Positions 17,158-25,998 of a DNA stretch of 64,000 bases are shown piece after piece (position 1 is the first letter of the stretch; the number at the start of each line of letters is the position of its first letter). A model generated the notes under the pieces. The model searched no databases and was not told where the DNA came from. It saw nothing but the letters and a program-made list of their open reading frames with translations. The DNA comes from Escherichia phage RB32: sequence record NC_008515.1; one strand, written 5' to 3'. Both the position numbers and the translations under genes were made by a program.

Positions 17158-17685
17158 TTATGCGAGTACCGTCTTTAACCGTTCTTCAAACTTCCGAAGA
17201 GTATTCTGGCGTTCAGCTCTTTGCTTTTTGTAAGTTTCAATACGCTCTGAAATGAGAGTGTATCGTTCATTTACTGATTCTTTCATAAAATCAGGAATTT
17301 CACGAGAAGCTTTAATCTCATCAAATTTATCAATAACAACTTGCTCTTCAGCAATTAAGTTATCATACATTAAAATATCTTTCTTGATGAACTCAATATC
17401 TTCTTGAGTTACACGAGATAATTTAGATGCTTTATCCTTTTTGTACTGTTCATTAGTATCACGAGACCAGTGTAATGTACGATTTTTATTCGTATTCTTG
17501 TAAATTTCTACAATACCAATCTCATCGATAATAACGATCCAATTCCAACGGGATTTGTAAATTTGTCCTCCATCAACCGTGATTTCACCTCCAATTGAGA
17601 TGTCATTAAAGAACTTGCTTTGTGCTTCAGATTTAAATTTACCATCGTTGTAATTTACCAGGTTGAAAATATCTTTAGCGTTCAT
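17158..17685 (-). CDS. Hypothetical protein with C-terminal charged helix
   Basis: 175-aa ORF immediately downstream of an early promoter. Confidence 0.65.
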   Translation of the reverse strand: MNAKDIFNLVNYNDGKFKSEAQSKFFNDISIGGEITVDGGQIYKSRWNWIVIIDEIGIVEIYKNTNKNRTLHWSRDTNEQYKKDKASKLSRVTQEDIEFIKKDILMYDNLIAEEQVVIDKFDEIKASREIPDFMKESVNERYTLISERIETYKKQRAERQNTLRKFEERLKTVLA

Positions 17686-17713
17686 TTTGTGTTCCTCCGT
17701 AGTTGATAGTTGT

Positions 17714-17743
17714 ATAGTACCACAGAGGAACAGTCTTGTAAAC
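17714..17743 (-). promoter_or_regulatory. T4-type early promoter (-35 GTTTAC, 18-nt spacer, -10 TACTAT)
   Basis: Minus-strand GTTTACAAGACTGTTCCTCTGTGGTACTATACAACTATCAACT. Confidence 0.6.
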
Positions 17744-17745
17744 CA

Positions 17746-18060
17746 CTAAAAGAAACTTCTTTTACAATTTTTTCCACTGAACCATGCGCTCACTGCTTTC
17801 TTAGTCTCAGGAGCAGTGTTATCCATAAACCATTCAAAGGCAGCCTTTTTATGATTCTGGAGGGCTTCTCGGGCTTTAATCTGCTCACGGTCTATTAACA
17901 CTAACATATGAGCCTTTCTTGTCACCAAGGGCTTCTTATGATTTTTTGAATACTCCCAATCATTTGTCCATCGCATCGTTGTTGCGAATTGAAGTACAGC
18001 TTCTTTAATTTTAGTTTCGTAAATTTCACGAGCCTTTGAGTATAACATCATTACCTCCAT
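17746..18060 (-). CDS. Hypothetical protein
   Basis: 104-aa ORF; 3' end abuts the promoter. Confidence 0.5.
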   Translation of the reverse strand: MEVMMLYSKAREIYETKIKEAVLQFATTMRWTNDWEYSKNHKKPLVTRKAHMLVLIDREQIKAREALQNHKKAAFEWFMDNTAPETKKAVSAWFSGKNCKRSFF

Positions 18061-18130
18061 TTACCAGTTTAATTCTAGTCATCTTTTTGATGGCAGTCCA
18101 TATAATCTATTTCTGAACTGCCTTTTTGTC

Positions 18131-18850
18131 TTAGGATTCTTCTAAATGTCTTTTCTGAAAAGTTGATACCATACTACGATACGGTTCATTTGGATATCCG
18201 TGTTTTATAGCTTCCTTTGTAAATTTTCTCCATCCATATTTAGTTTCTTTCCAAAGCTCGAATAATTCATCTTCATACTGCCATATAGTTAAATGAGAAC
18301 GCTTTGCAGCTTTAATTCCATTAATATGCTTTTCTTTTACTGCAGGATTGTTTAGTTTCTTTTTAATAATATTACTAACTTTTCTAACAAAAACTGGGTC
18401 CTTATATCGTTGCGAAGTTTTTATTGAAGTGTTTAATTTAGCTTCCGGCGTGGATGTGACCTCTTTCATCTTTTTCTTCATATGCTGTATATGATTAGGA
18501 TTTTTCCATAAATTTATAGAATGCTTTTTGCATTTTATCCTAGTTTCATCTGCAACCTTTCCTCCTTCACCCCCGTATGACAGGTTAACACAGTTTTTTC
18601 CATATTTCAATTTACCTGCCATGATATATAATATTTCAGCTTGTACCATTTTATCATAATTATCAAAAACTTCTAAAACCGTTTTTGATAATATGTGGTC
18701 ATTTGACACTTTTACACGTTCTATATAATTTCCACTACCAACATACGAATCATTGATGTTATTAGTTATATGTCGACCATAATAGTATTTCTTAATACCT
18801 GTCTTTAAATTTAATATTTCAGTTTTATAGATAGTAAAATATTTTTTCAT
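18131..18850 (-). CDS. GIY-YIG homing endonuclease (seg-like), free-standing
   Basis: 239 aa; YFTIYKTEILNLKTGIKKYYYGRH..YVGSG GIY-YIG motifs; start overlaps upstream gene stop. Confidence 0.8.
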   Translation of the reverse strand: MKKYFTIYKTEILNLKTGIKKYYYGRHITNNINDSYVGSGNYIERVKVSNDHILSKTVLEVFDNYDKMVQAEILYIMAGKLKYGKNCVNLSYGGEGGKVADETRIKCKKHSINLWKNPNHIQHMKKKMKEVTSTPEAKLNTSIKTSQRYKDPVFVRKVSNIIKKKLNNPAVKEKHINGIKAAKRSHLTIWQYEDELFELWKETKYGWRKFTKEAIKHGYPNEPYRSMVSTFQKRHLEES

Positions 18851-19827
18851 TTTAATAATACCGTTTCAGCGATTTCTTCCCAACCGTTTTTGTCGGTCAT
18901 AATAAAGTCAGCAAGATAAAGAGCAGTACGCAGTGAAACATTGCGTAAACGATTAACATTGACTTTCATCCATGATAATGCTTTATAAGTTTCTTCATCA
19001 GAAAGACCGCGCTTTTGCATCATGTCGGTTGAAAGAATAACATCTTCAACCCTGACCATAATTTCTTCATTAGTGTGAACACCCAAATCCAAATAAACCG
19101 AGCGGGACACTAATGCTTGTAAATGTGGAGCAAGTTTAGTACCACGGTCTAATTCGCGGTCAATGTCAACGTTTGTGATAAAAACAATCGTTCCTTTAAA
19201 TTCAAACTCACGCTCAATGCCTTTTTCTTCTAAGTAAGAAGATGCAGTGCTCCAGCAGACTTTACGGGTCTCTCCAGTGTCCAGAGCAGCTTTCAGAAGA
19301 TTAAGAATGTCCATATCAGAGAAAACATCCACATCATCAATCAAAAGGACAGAATTCTCTTCACGATTATTCCAAAGCTGCTCATAAAGACCAATACCAG
19401 AGATTTTACCATTAATGCTTTTATATTCAATGTATCCAATATCATTTGCTTTATTTAAAGCTTTATCTAAAGAATATGTTTTACCTATACCTGCCGCACC
19501 AGAGATAATTAATGAACGAATGTTTCCGTTAATAATACCATTCGTCATCATTCCCATAACATTAAATCTTTTATTAATGCGGGTTTTCATATCTTCATAT
19601 GATTCTTTAACTTCTTCAACTTTTACACCATCATATGAAATGTCTGATTTGTAAACCCAAACACCGCGACGCTTACCGTCAATTTCAACAAAAACTTTAC
19701 CATCTCCTTGTGCATCTACCGGAGCATTATCTGGGAACCATTCACCTAAGAGCTCAAAAGTTCCAGAGATTTCTTTACCAAAGTAGATACCCTTATTGAT
19801 AGTTACAGTTTTCATTTTATTCTCCAA
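18847..19827 (-). CDS. P-loop NTPase (AAA-like ATPase) with N-terminal extra domain
   Basis: 326 aa; Walker A ISGAAGIGKTYS, Walker B VLLIDDVD, candidate sensor FITN. Confidence 0.8.
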   Translation of the reverse strand: MENKMKTVTINKGIYFGKEISGTFELLGEWFPDNAPVDAQGDGKVFVEIDGKRRGVWVYKSDISYDGVKVEEVKESYEDMKTRINKRFNVMGMMTNGIINGNIRSLIISGAAGIGKTYSLDKALNKANDIGYIEYKSINGKISGIGLYEQLWNNREENSVLLIDDVDVFSDMDILNLLKAALDTGETRKVCWSTASSYLEEKGIEREFEFKGTIVFITNVDIDRELDRGTKLAPHLQALVSRSVYLDLGVHTNEEIMVRVEDVILSTDMMQKRGLSDEETYKALSWMKVNVNRLRNVSLRTALYLADFIMTDKNGWEEIAETVLLK

Positions 19828-19849
19828 ATCCGTATCAGTTGATAGTTGT

Positions 19850-19879
19850 ATAGTACCATAAAGCTTTATGCTTGTAAAC
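19850..19879 (-). promoter_or_regulatory. T4-type early promoter (-35 GTTTAC, 18-nt spacer, -10 TACTAT)
   Basis: Minus-strand GTTTACAAGCATAAAGCTTTATGGTACTATACAACTATCAACTGATACGG. Confidence 0.6.
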
Positions 19880-19909
19880 CGTTTTGTGAAAAATTTTTGA
19901 AATAAAAAA

Positions 19910-19927
19910 GGGAGCCCGAAGGCTCCC
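19910..19927 (-). terminator. Stem-loop terminator (UUCG tetraloop) followed by U-run
   Basis: GGGAGCC-CGAA-GGCTCCC; transcript continues UUUUUUAUUUC. Confidence 0.7.
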
Positions 19928-19929
19928 TA

Positions 19930-20943
19930 TCATTTATAATAACTTCGGTGGTTTTCAAGATAGACCTTCTCAAGGAAGTCATCCCAGAAACCCATGTCTA
20001 CTTTTTGCTGCATACCGTTCTTAGAAGCTTCAGTAGATGCTGCTTCTACTTGATCGACCACATCTTCCAAAAACTCTTGAACTGTTTTAAATGGATGTTT
20101 ACCCAACTTCACGTCGAGAATAAATGGAGCATCTTGGAGTGGATAAACCAAGTCACCAGTTTTGTAAATTTCCAATAGTTGAAGTCCACCACGACAAGCA
20201 TGACTCAGAGCTTTCCAGTCAATGCCTTCATTGGCTTCGGCCTTACGAGCGCGTTCACCATATTCAGCATCTAATTTGTTCAGTGACTGCTTAAGCTCAA
20301 TAAGAGAAAGAGTTGTCTGATATTTACGACCCAACACAGTGTAGAACGTTTGTGGGCCTGTTTTCTCATGATTATGGAACACCCATTCACAGAATTCGTT
20401 TTCTGGAAGACGATGCTTAATATCTTCAACTTTAGTACGACGCTGCTTAATGGAACCGTCTTCTTGGTAATCAACCCATTGCTCAGGGATTTGATTAACT
20501 ACTTTCAATACATCGCGTAATGCAGCCAAACGAGAACCCTTGACGCCATATTTAGAAGCTTGCTTACGGACATATCCTAAATAGGATTTCATGTTAGTCG
20601 TATAAAAACGAGAACGGTTGTCTTGAATAAACTTCCACACATCAGGCAAATCAGATTTAACCACTAATTCAGGTGGAGTGTGAAGCATATCCAATGCTAC
20701 AGTTTCACCATCTGCTGCTAATTTAAAGAAATATTTAAGACTATATAGTTCATGGTCAATATCATCTTTAGTGTTTTTAGATGATGTGTTGTTGGTATTT
20801 TTACTCATATGCTCTTTAACATTTCCGATAAGAATATCGCGAGCAGGAGGAACAAAAATTTCTTTAAAATCTACATCAGATTCTGGGGTAGAAGTTCCAT
20901 AAAGATGACTACCAAAATAGCTTTTCATTACTGTTTTCATCAT
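19930..20943 (-). CDS. Nucleotidyltransferase-fold protein (Pol-beta superfamily signature)
   Basis: 337 aa; N-terminal YFGSHLYGTSTPESDVDFKEIF fits the GS-x(9-13)-DxD motif; further acidic residues downstream. Confidence 0.7.
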   Translation of the reverse strand: MMKTVMKSYFGSHLYGTSTPESDVDFKEIFVPPARDILIGNVKEHMSKNTNNTSSKNTKDDIDHELYSLKYFFKLAADGETVALDMLHTPPELVVKSDLPDVWKFIQDNRSRFYTTNMKSYLGYVRKQASKYGVKGSRLAALRDVLKVVNQIPEQWVDYQEDGSIKQRRTKVEDIKHRLPENEFCEWVFHNHEKTGPQTFYTVLGRKYQTTLSLIELKQSLNKLDAEYGERARKAEANEGIDWKALSHACRGGLQLLEIYKTGDLVYPLQDAPFILDVKLGKHPFKTVQEFLEDVVDQVEAASTEASKNGMQQKVDMGFWDDFLEKVYLENHRSYYK

Positions 20944-21401
20944 TCAGCCTTATATTCAATAACAGGACATACTTTAGCTTTACGAGCTTTTAAAAATTCA
21001 ACGATAATCGATTTCTTGGGTTGAATAGGAGGTAAACCTTTATACGCCCTATCAATATTTTCTACGTGTAAAGCATAATCCTTTTTCCATTTATAATCTT
21101 TATATTTTTCACGCAAATGTACAGGAATAACAAATGAACCAATAATAAGTAAAACAACCAAAAGCGCAAGTATAAATGCTGATGGAAGCAAAGTCCATAA
21201 ACTACCAAAAATAAGCCAACGCTGTAGGCTTTCTGCACAAATAATTGTTAGCCCTACGAGTATAGCACATCCAAAAATAGAAACGAAAAATGTAGGAATG
21301 GCAATAGACCAAAAATATGCGCATAGTGTCTTAGGTCGTTGCCATTCATCGTTAAACATTTTGAATAATTTATAGTGCCAAGAGTTTTCATTAATAATCA
21401 T
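20940..21401 (-). CDS. Membrane protein (multiple TM helices)
   Basis: 153 aa; YFWSIAIPTFFVSIFGCAILVGLTIICA and LPSAFILALLVVLLIIGSFVIPV segments. Confidence 0.65.
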   Translation of the reverse strand: MIINENSWHYKLFKMFNDEWQRPKTLCAYFWSIAIPTFFVSIFGCAILVGLTIICAESLQRWLIFGSLWTLLPSAFILALLVVLLIIGSFVIPVHLREKYKDYKWKKDYALHVENIDRAYKGLPPIQPKKSIIVEFLKARKAKVCPVIEYKAE

Positions 21402-21403
21402 AA

Positions 21404-21925
21404 TTATCCTTTCATTGAAGGCGTAACGGTTGTTAAATACTTAATCATAGCTTCAGCTTCTGATTTTGATAATGAAATTTCTCCATTGTTTTGACGAATA
21501 GAAATAAAATCCGGATGACGGTCACCACCAGCTTTTAAAACACACATATAAGTATCAGTTTCATCTTCAATATTTGAAATGATTGAAGCAGTTCCACATG
21601 AATGCGGTTTTTGATAAATCAATACAGCTTTTCTTCCGCCATTTGACTGTTCATAGGCTTTTAATACATCAAACAAATCAGTTCTTTTATCAATAGCTAA
21701 AATGTTATTTTCATCTTCAATGTTAAATCCTTCGGATACTTCATAAAGCGTTACCCATAAATCACCGATGTCAATAACAGCATTTACTTTTCCACGGCTT
21801 TCAAGAATATGACAAATTTTCTTGATTTCGTCATAGCTCATTTTAATAATATCATCTCCTTGACTAAGAAAGATGTCATTTTTAAATTCAACGCGAATTA
21901 AACCGCTTCCACTTGAAATAAACAT
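21404..21925 (-). CDS. Hypothetical protein, paralog of 21932..22489
   Basis: 173 aa; C-terminus ISLSKSEAEAMIKYLTTVTPSM resembles ITLNKDEAIALKTYLDSVIPTM in the neighbour. Confidence 0.65.
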   Translation of the reverse strand: MFISSGSGLIRVEFKNDIFLSQGDDIIKMSYDEIKKICHILESRGKVNAVIDIGDLWVTLYEVSEGFNIEDENNILAIDKRTDLFDVLKAYEQSNGGRKAVLIYQKPHSCGTASIISNIEDETDTYMCVLKAGGDRHPDFISIRQNNGEISLSKSEAEAMIKYLTTVTPSMKG

Positions 21926-21931
21926 ATTTCC

Positions 21932-22489
21932 TCACTTTGAAATCATAGTTGGAATGACAGAATCAAGATAAGTCTTTAGTGCAATAGCTTCGTCTTTGTT
22001 TAATGTAATGATATGTGATCGAAAATCGTCAATTTGACGAATAGATACTACATCTCCCTCTTCATAGCATTTTGAAACATTTAAAATAGTTTCATCATTC
22101 TGATTACAGGAGTTAGTAATAATAGCATTACAATTTTTGAGCCATTTTAAACTATGTTTTCTTTCATTAGAATAATAAAAATATTTAATCTTAGCTATAA
22201 AACTATCCCAATGGATAACTGATAAACACATTGACTCACTTTTAATATTAAATCCTGGGCATGAAGAATAAAAATGAATTTTGTGCTCATCATTGATGCT
22301 TACTATTTTATCAGTATAAGGATATTCAATTTGGGTTAAATGAATGATTTCACTAGGCGTAAAATATAGCATATCGTCTTCTTGCGTCAAACGATACATG
22401 TTATTTACTTTTTCTATAGCCAATTCACCAAAAAGCGGACTAACTTCTAATACTAATCGTTTCATATTGATTCTCTTCGACTCACTCAC
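21932..22489 (-). CDS. Hypothetical protein, paralog of 21404..21925
   Basis: 185 aa; shared C-terminal motif with the neighbour. Confidence 0.65.
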   Translation of the reverse strand: MSESKRINMKRLVLEVSPLFGELAIEKVNNMYRLTQEDDMLYFTPSEIIHLTQIEYPYTDKIVSINDEHKIHFYSSCPGFNIKSESMCLSVIHWDSFIAKIKYFYYSNERKHSLKWLKNCNAIITNSCNQNDETILNVSKCYEEGDVVSIRQIDDFRSHIITLNKDEAIALKTYLDSVIPTMISK

Positions 22490-22624
22490 AATTACATACT
22501 CCTTTGAATAATATCAATAATGTTGTTCACCAGATTATAAGTAAACATTGGGTAATTATATTGAATCATTACATACACAACAAACAAAACTTTCATTCTC
22601 TTCTCCTTGACAGTTGACAAGATT

Positions 22625-22654
22625 ACTATACCATAACCTTGCCAACTTGTAAAC
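22625..22654 (-). promoter_or_regulatory. T4-type early promoter (-35 GTTTAC, 18-nt spacer, -10 TATAGT)
   Basis: Minus-strand GTTTACAAGTTGGCAAGGTTATGGTATAGTAATC. Confidence 0.55.
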
Positions 22655-22656
22655 CG

Positions 22657-22830
22657 TTAAATGTTGTTTTCAATAAAATTTTGAAGCTTTGTGTGAGCAT
22701 CAACCATGATTTTCATTTCTTCTTTGGCGAAAGCTGTACCTCTTTCCCGAGCAGAATACTCATAGTCAGAAACTGCATTAGCATATTCTTCAATTAGCTT
22801 CATTAAAAACATCTGCTTTTCAGTTTTCAT
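22657..22830 (-). CDS. Hypothetical small protein, 57 aa
   Basis: Own translation MKTEKQMFLMKLIEEYANAVSDYEYSARERGTAFAKEEMKIMVDAHTKLQNFIENNI. Confidence 0.4.
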   Translation of the reverse strand: MKTEKQMFLMKLIEEYANAVSDYEYSARERGTAFAKEEMKIMVDAHTKLQNFIENNI

Positions 22831-23014
22831 TATTCCACCTAATCATTTCAAGATATTGAACTAACTTAGCTTTAGATTTATCCAAATCCCTTTTAGCTGA
22901 TTCTATACCATCGTATGAATATCCTTCACAATGCTCAACTGCTAATTGGTATGAATCTATTTCAATATCATGCGCTAATTTAATGATTTTTTCAAACTGT
23001 TCGCGTGTTAGCAT
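22820..23014 (-). CDS. Hypothetical small acidic protein
   Basis: 64-aa ORF; similar start (MLTREQFEKII) to the 25031..25219 ORF (MITREQKNEILF). Confidence 0.5.
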   Translation of the reverse strand: MLTREQFEKIIKLAHDIEIDSYQLAVEHCEGYSYDGIESAKRDLDKSKAKLVQYLEMIRWNNEN

Positions 23015-23016
23015 AA

Positions 23017-23256
23017 TTAAACTCTCGTATTATGATCGATAATTTCATCAAGAAACATATCTAACGCTTCTAAAGCATTATCAACTTTAGCTTCAAGTTC
23101 ATCAATGCCTTTATTTGCAATGCCTGACGAAAACCAAGCAAAGTCACTAAGTTCCTCGTCTGCTTTACGAATTAAAGCTACCAATTCCTTAATTTTATCC
23201 GCTTGTTCGATACTAATCATTATTCCACCACATATGAAAGAGAGAATATTGCACAC
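23017..23256 (-). CDS. Hypothetical small protein
   Basis: 79-aa ORF. Confidence 0.5.
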
Positions 23257-23453
23257 GCCATGTGAGTTGCAACTTCATCACACATATTATAACGTTTCTT
23301 AAGAAGTTCTACAAGTTCTTCACTAGTAACTTCATCCATGTCGACGAAAAAATCACCATTAATGATGACGTAGATATTTCCTTCTTGATTAAGTGCTTCA
23401 ATTTTCATGATGTTCTCCTCTTTATCCGATGGTTGTATAGTATCACAGCTCAA
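23220..23453 (-). CDS. Hypothetical small acidic protein
   Basis: 77-aa ORF just downstream of an early promoter. Confidence 0.5.
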
Positions 23454-23466
23454 ATGGAAAGTAAAC
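23437..23466 (-). promoter_or_regulatory. T4-type early promoter (-35 GTTTAC, 18-nt spacer, -10 TACTAT)
   Basis: Minus-strand GTTTACTTTCCATTTGAGCTGTGATACTATACAACC. Confidence 0.6.
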
Positions 23467-23481
23467 CGTTTAAATGAAAAA

Positions 23482-23499
23482 AGTCTCCCGAAGGAGACT
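23482..23499 (-). terminator. Stem-loop terminator (UUCG tetraloop) followed by U-run
   Basis: AGTCTCC-CGAA-GGAGACT. Confidence 0.7.
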
Positions 23500-23503
23500 A
23501 ACG

Positions 23504-23890
23504 TTATTCGAGGGAAAGAAGATATTTACTCTGGTAAAACATTCCAGTAATATCATCTATCGTGCTTTGAATGGCTGGAGGCATTTCTTTGTAAATGCTG
23601 TTAGATTGGTCTAGTATGCGATCAATCATTTTAATTGTGTCGGTAGGAAGTTTACTGGCATCTGGAATTGAAGGTGTGTATTTTCTACCAGAATACCCCA
23701 AATATTGCTCACCAAATTTATCAATCAAATCTGGCAACTCGGAGAAAATAAAATCGTATGCTTTGTGTCTAGCATAATTTTTAGTTTCAAAATGTGCAGA
23801 ATGAAAATAAGCTTGTGCAGCCATTAATAAACCTAAGTATTCATCTGCCTTTGAAGGTTTTCCACTTTGTGAAAAGTCGCTGAATTTCAT
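23504..23890 (-). CDS. Hypothetical protein immediately downstream of rI (T4 rI.-1 position)
   Basis: 128-aa ORF; start overlaps rI stop. Confidence 0.65.
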
Positions 23891-24180
23891 TCAGTCTCCA
23901 ATTTAATGTTCATAATTCTAGCGTATGATTGTGCCATCTCCGCGCCTCGCTCTATACATTCAAAATCAGAAGAGCACGGGTCATTTTTATAGGTCGTTCT
24001 CATAAAACTATAGAATTGTTCAGACGATTCTACGCTTTTATTTTCAAAAAGTGTATAAACGTGCCTAATACCAGATTCCATAAATTTATCAAAATGAGGA
24101 TCGACATTCGCTTCAATCGATGGAGATAAAACAAATGACAATCCTAGCATGGCAAAAAGTGCCGTTGCTTTTAAGGCCAT
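23887..24180 (-). CDS. rI: Lysis-inhibition regulator rI (periplasmic antiholin)
   Basis: 97 aa; MALKATALFAMLGLSFVLSPSIEANVDPHF..; near-identical to T4 RI as recalled. Confidence 0.9.
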   Translation of the reverse strand: MALKATALFAMLGLSFVLSPSIEANVDPHFDKFMESGIRHVYTLFENKSVESSEQFYSFMRTTYKNDPCSSDFECIERGAEMAQSYARIMNIKLETE

Positions 24181-24192
24181 AAAGGCCTCCTA

Positions 24193-24405
24193 TCATTTTT
24201 GTCCTGTATTTACTTTATGCCGGTGCACGGCCTTAACTTTATCAAGGTATTTTTCAAAATTTCGCAATCTAGTATAGTCTGCCGGAGATTGGTTGAGCGA
24301 TACTTCTCGACGCAAAGCTGAAATGATATTTCCAACTTCCCTACGAATTTCATCTAATTGAAGCACAGTAAGATTGCGAAGTTGCTTTTCAGTTAATTGT
24401 AGCAT
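24193..24405 (-). CDS. Hypothetical small protein (T4 rI.1 position)
   Basis: 70-aa ORF between rI and tk. Confidence 0.6.
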
Positions 24406-24447
24406 ATATACCCCTTTAGTTAGATAAACCTATTTATAACTTTTGCA

Positions 24448-25029
24448 CTAACCGAGTTTTTTAGTTAATTCATTCCAATGTTTTCTACACAAAGAAACAT
24501 AAATTTCATCACCAATACAGATTTGATTACCTTCTTTAACGGGTGTTCCATCTTCCATTAATCGAGCTGTCATAATAGCTTTTTTACCACAATGACAAAC
24601 TGCCTTTAGTTCAATAAGTTTATCTGCAATCGCCAAAAGTTCTTTAGAACCTTCAAACAATTTTCCAGCGAAATCAGTCCTTAATCCATAAGCCATAACA
24701 GGAACATTATATGTATCAACAATTCGGCTCAATTGATGCACCTGTTCAGTTTTTAAAAACTGGGCTTCATCTACAAATACGCAATGAATATCTTTTTGTG
24801 CTTCAGCCCATTTATAGAACTCGAAAATATCCATATCATCTGTAATAATATTCGCTTCCTGCTTAATTCCAATGCGAGAAACGACTTCACAGACAGAATC
24901 ACGAGTATCAATAGCAGGCTTAAGAACTAATACACTCATTCCACGTTCTTTATAATTGTGTGCAGCAGTCAAAAGAGAAGCAGATTTTCCAGCATTCATT
25001 GCTGCATAAGTAAAAATTAAACTCGCCAT
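24448..25029 (-). CDS. tk: Thymidine kinase
   Basis: 193 aa; P-loop MNAGKSASLL; C-terminal zinc-binding Cys pairs; matches T4 Tk as recalled. Confidence 0.95.
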   Translation of the reverse strand: MASLIFTYAAMNAGKSASLLTAAHNYKERGMSVLVLKPAIDTRDSVCEVVSRIGIKQEANIITDDMDIFEFYKWAEAQKDIHCVFVDEAQFLKTEQVHQLSRIVDTYNVPVMAYGLRTDFAGKLFEGSKELLAIADKLIELKAVCHCGKKAIMTARLMEDGTPVKEGNQICIGDEIYVSLCRKHWNELTKKLG

Positions 25030-25030
25030 C

Positions 25031-25219
25031 TTAGTCCTTAGTTAAATTTTCTAAATATGTTTCTAAATCATTTTCAGCTTTATCGATAGATTTTACTAAT
25101 TCATAATATGTTTCGGCATCTCCATAATCAGAAGATAATTCAAAAGACAAATCCTTTTCTAAACTAATAATTTCACCAACTAAAAATAATATTTCGTTCT
25201 TTTGTTCGCGAGTAATCAT
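25031..25219 (-). CDS. Hypothetical small acidic protein (tk-downstream)
   Basis: 62-aa ORF; paralog-like to the 25216..25401 and 22820..23014 ORFs. Confidence 0.55.
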   Translation of the reverse strand: MITREQKNEILFLVGEIISLEKDLSFELSSDYGDAETYYELVKSIDKAENDLETYLENLTKD

Positions 25220-25401
25220 AAGGAATTTATATAATTAATAAGTTCTTGTTCTTTATTATCGAATTCTTTAGAAAGTTCTTCGTACTCGTTTGCACTAAAA
25301 GGACCGCATTCATTACAAACTTTTTCCAATTCACTATTTTTATCCATAACTTCATGGATAAGAGAAAAGAGTTTGTCTTTTTGTTCTTTGCTTAGGCTCA
25401 T
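25216..25401 (-). CDS. Hypothetical small acidic protein with CNEC motif
   Basis: 61-aa ORF. Confidence 0.55.
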   Translation of the reverse strand: MSLSKEQKDKLFSLIHEVMDKNSELEKVCNECGPFSANEYEELSKEFDNKEQELINYINSL

Positions 25402-25571
25402 ATATTAATTTCCAGAAGTTTTAAAATAATTCGCTTTTGCTTAAATATTTCCATAGTTAAATGATCAGTATCTTTTTGACCAATTCCAATAGCAAAACCT
25501 TTATTAGCAACGAGTTCAATTAAATTATCAAGTTCACGTGACACTTCATATTGTAACTCAGAACTATTCAT
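25398..25571 (-). CDS. Hypothetical small protein, 57 aa
   Basis: Own translation MNSSELQYEVSRELDNLIELVANKGFAIGIGQKDTDHLTMEIFKQKRIILKLLEINI; stop overlaps the next gene's start. Confidence 0.4.
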   Translation of the reverse strand: MNSSELQYEVSRELDNLIELVANKGFAIGIGQKDTDHLTMEIFKQKRIILKLLEINI

Positions 25572-25795
25572 TTCGGTTTACCTTCTTTAACGAAATCTGG
25601 ATAAGGATAAAATCCCGAATAAAATCCTTCACCTTTATGATTGATGCATCCTTTATTAGAACAATAGCACCAATAATCGAAATCACAAGCCATTTCATCA
25701 TTACATAAAGCAAAAACAACCGGCCATTTACACTTTTCACAATGGGCATTTTTAAGAATACTAGTTTGGCTCATAACCATGTAACCTTTAAGCAA
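25568..25795 (-). CDS. Cysteine-rich small protein (probable zinc binding)
   Basis: 75 aa; HCEKCKW..CNDEMACDFDYWCYCSNKGCINH. Confidence 0.55.
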   Translation of the reverse strand: MLKGYMVMSQTSILKNAHCEKCKWPVVFALCNDEMACDFDYWCYCSNKGCINHKGEGFYSGFYPYPDFVKEGKPK

Positions 25796-25998
25796 TATTC
25801 TTCTACATGTTGTTTACGACCTTTCTTATCAATAAAGGTATATTCAACGAATGTTCCAATGTAGTCTTTATCTACATCATGTGGACTATTAATTGGACAT
25901 TTAGTACGACAAATGCGTTCCCATTGACGAATAATTACTGTCTTATTCTTTGGGTCATATGGATGTGGATAATGTATATTCATAATAATGGTTCCCAA
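25771..25998 (-). CDS. Hypothetical small protein
   Basis: 75-aa ORF; overlaps neighbours at both ends so the start is uncertain. Confidence 0.45.
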   Translation of the reverse strand: MGTIIMNIHYPHPYDPKNKTVIIRQWERICRTKCPINSPHDVDKDYIGTFVEYTFIDKKGRKQHVEEYCLKVTWL

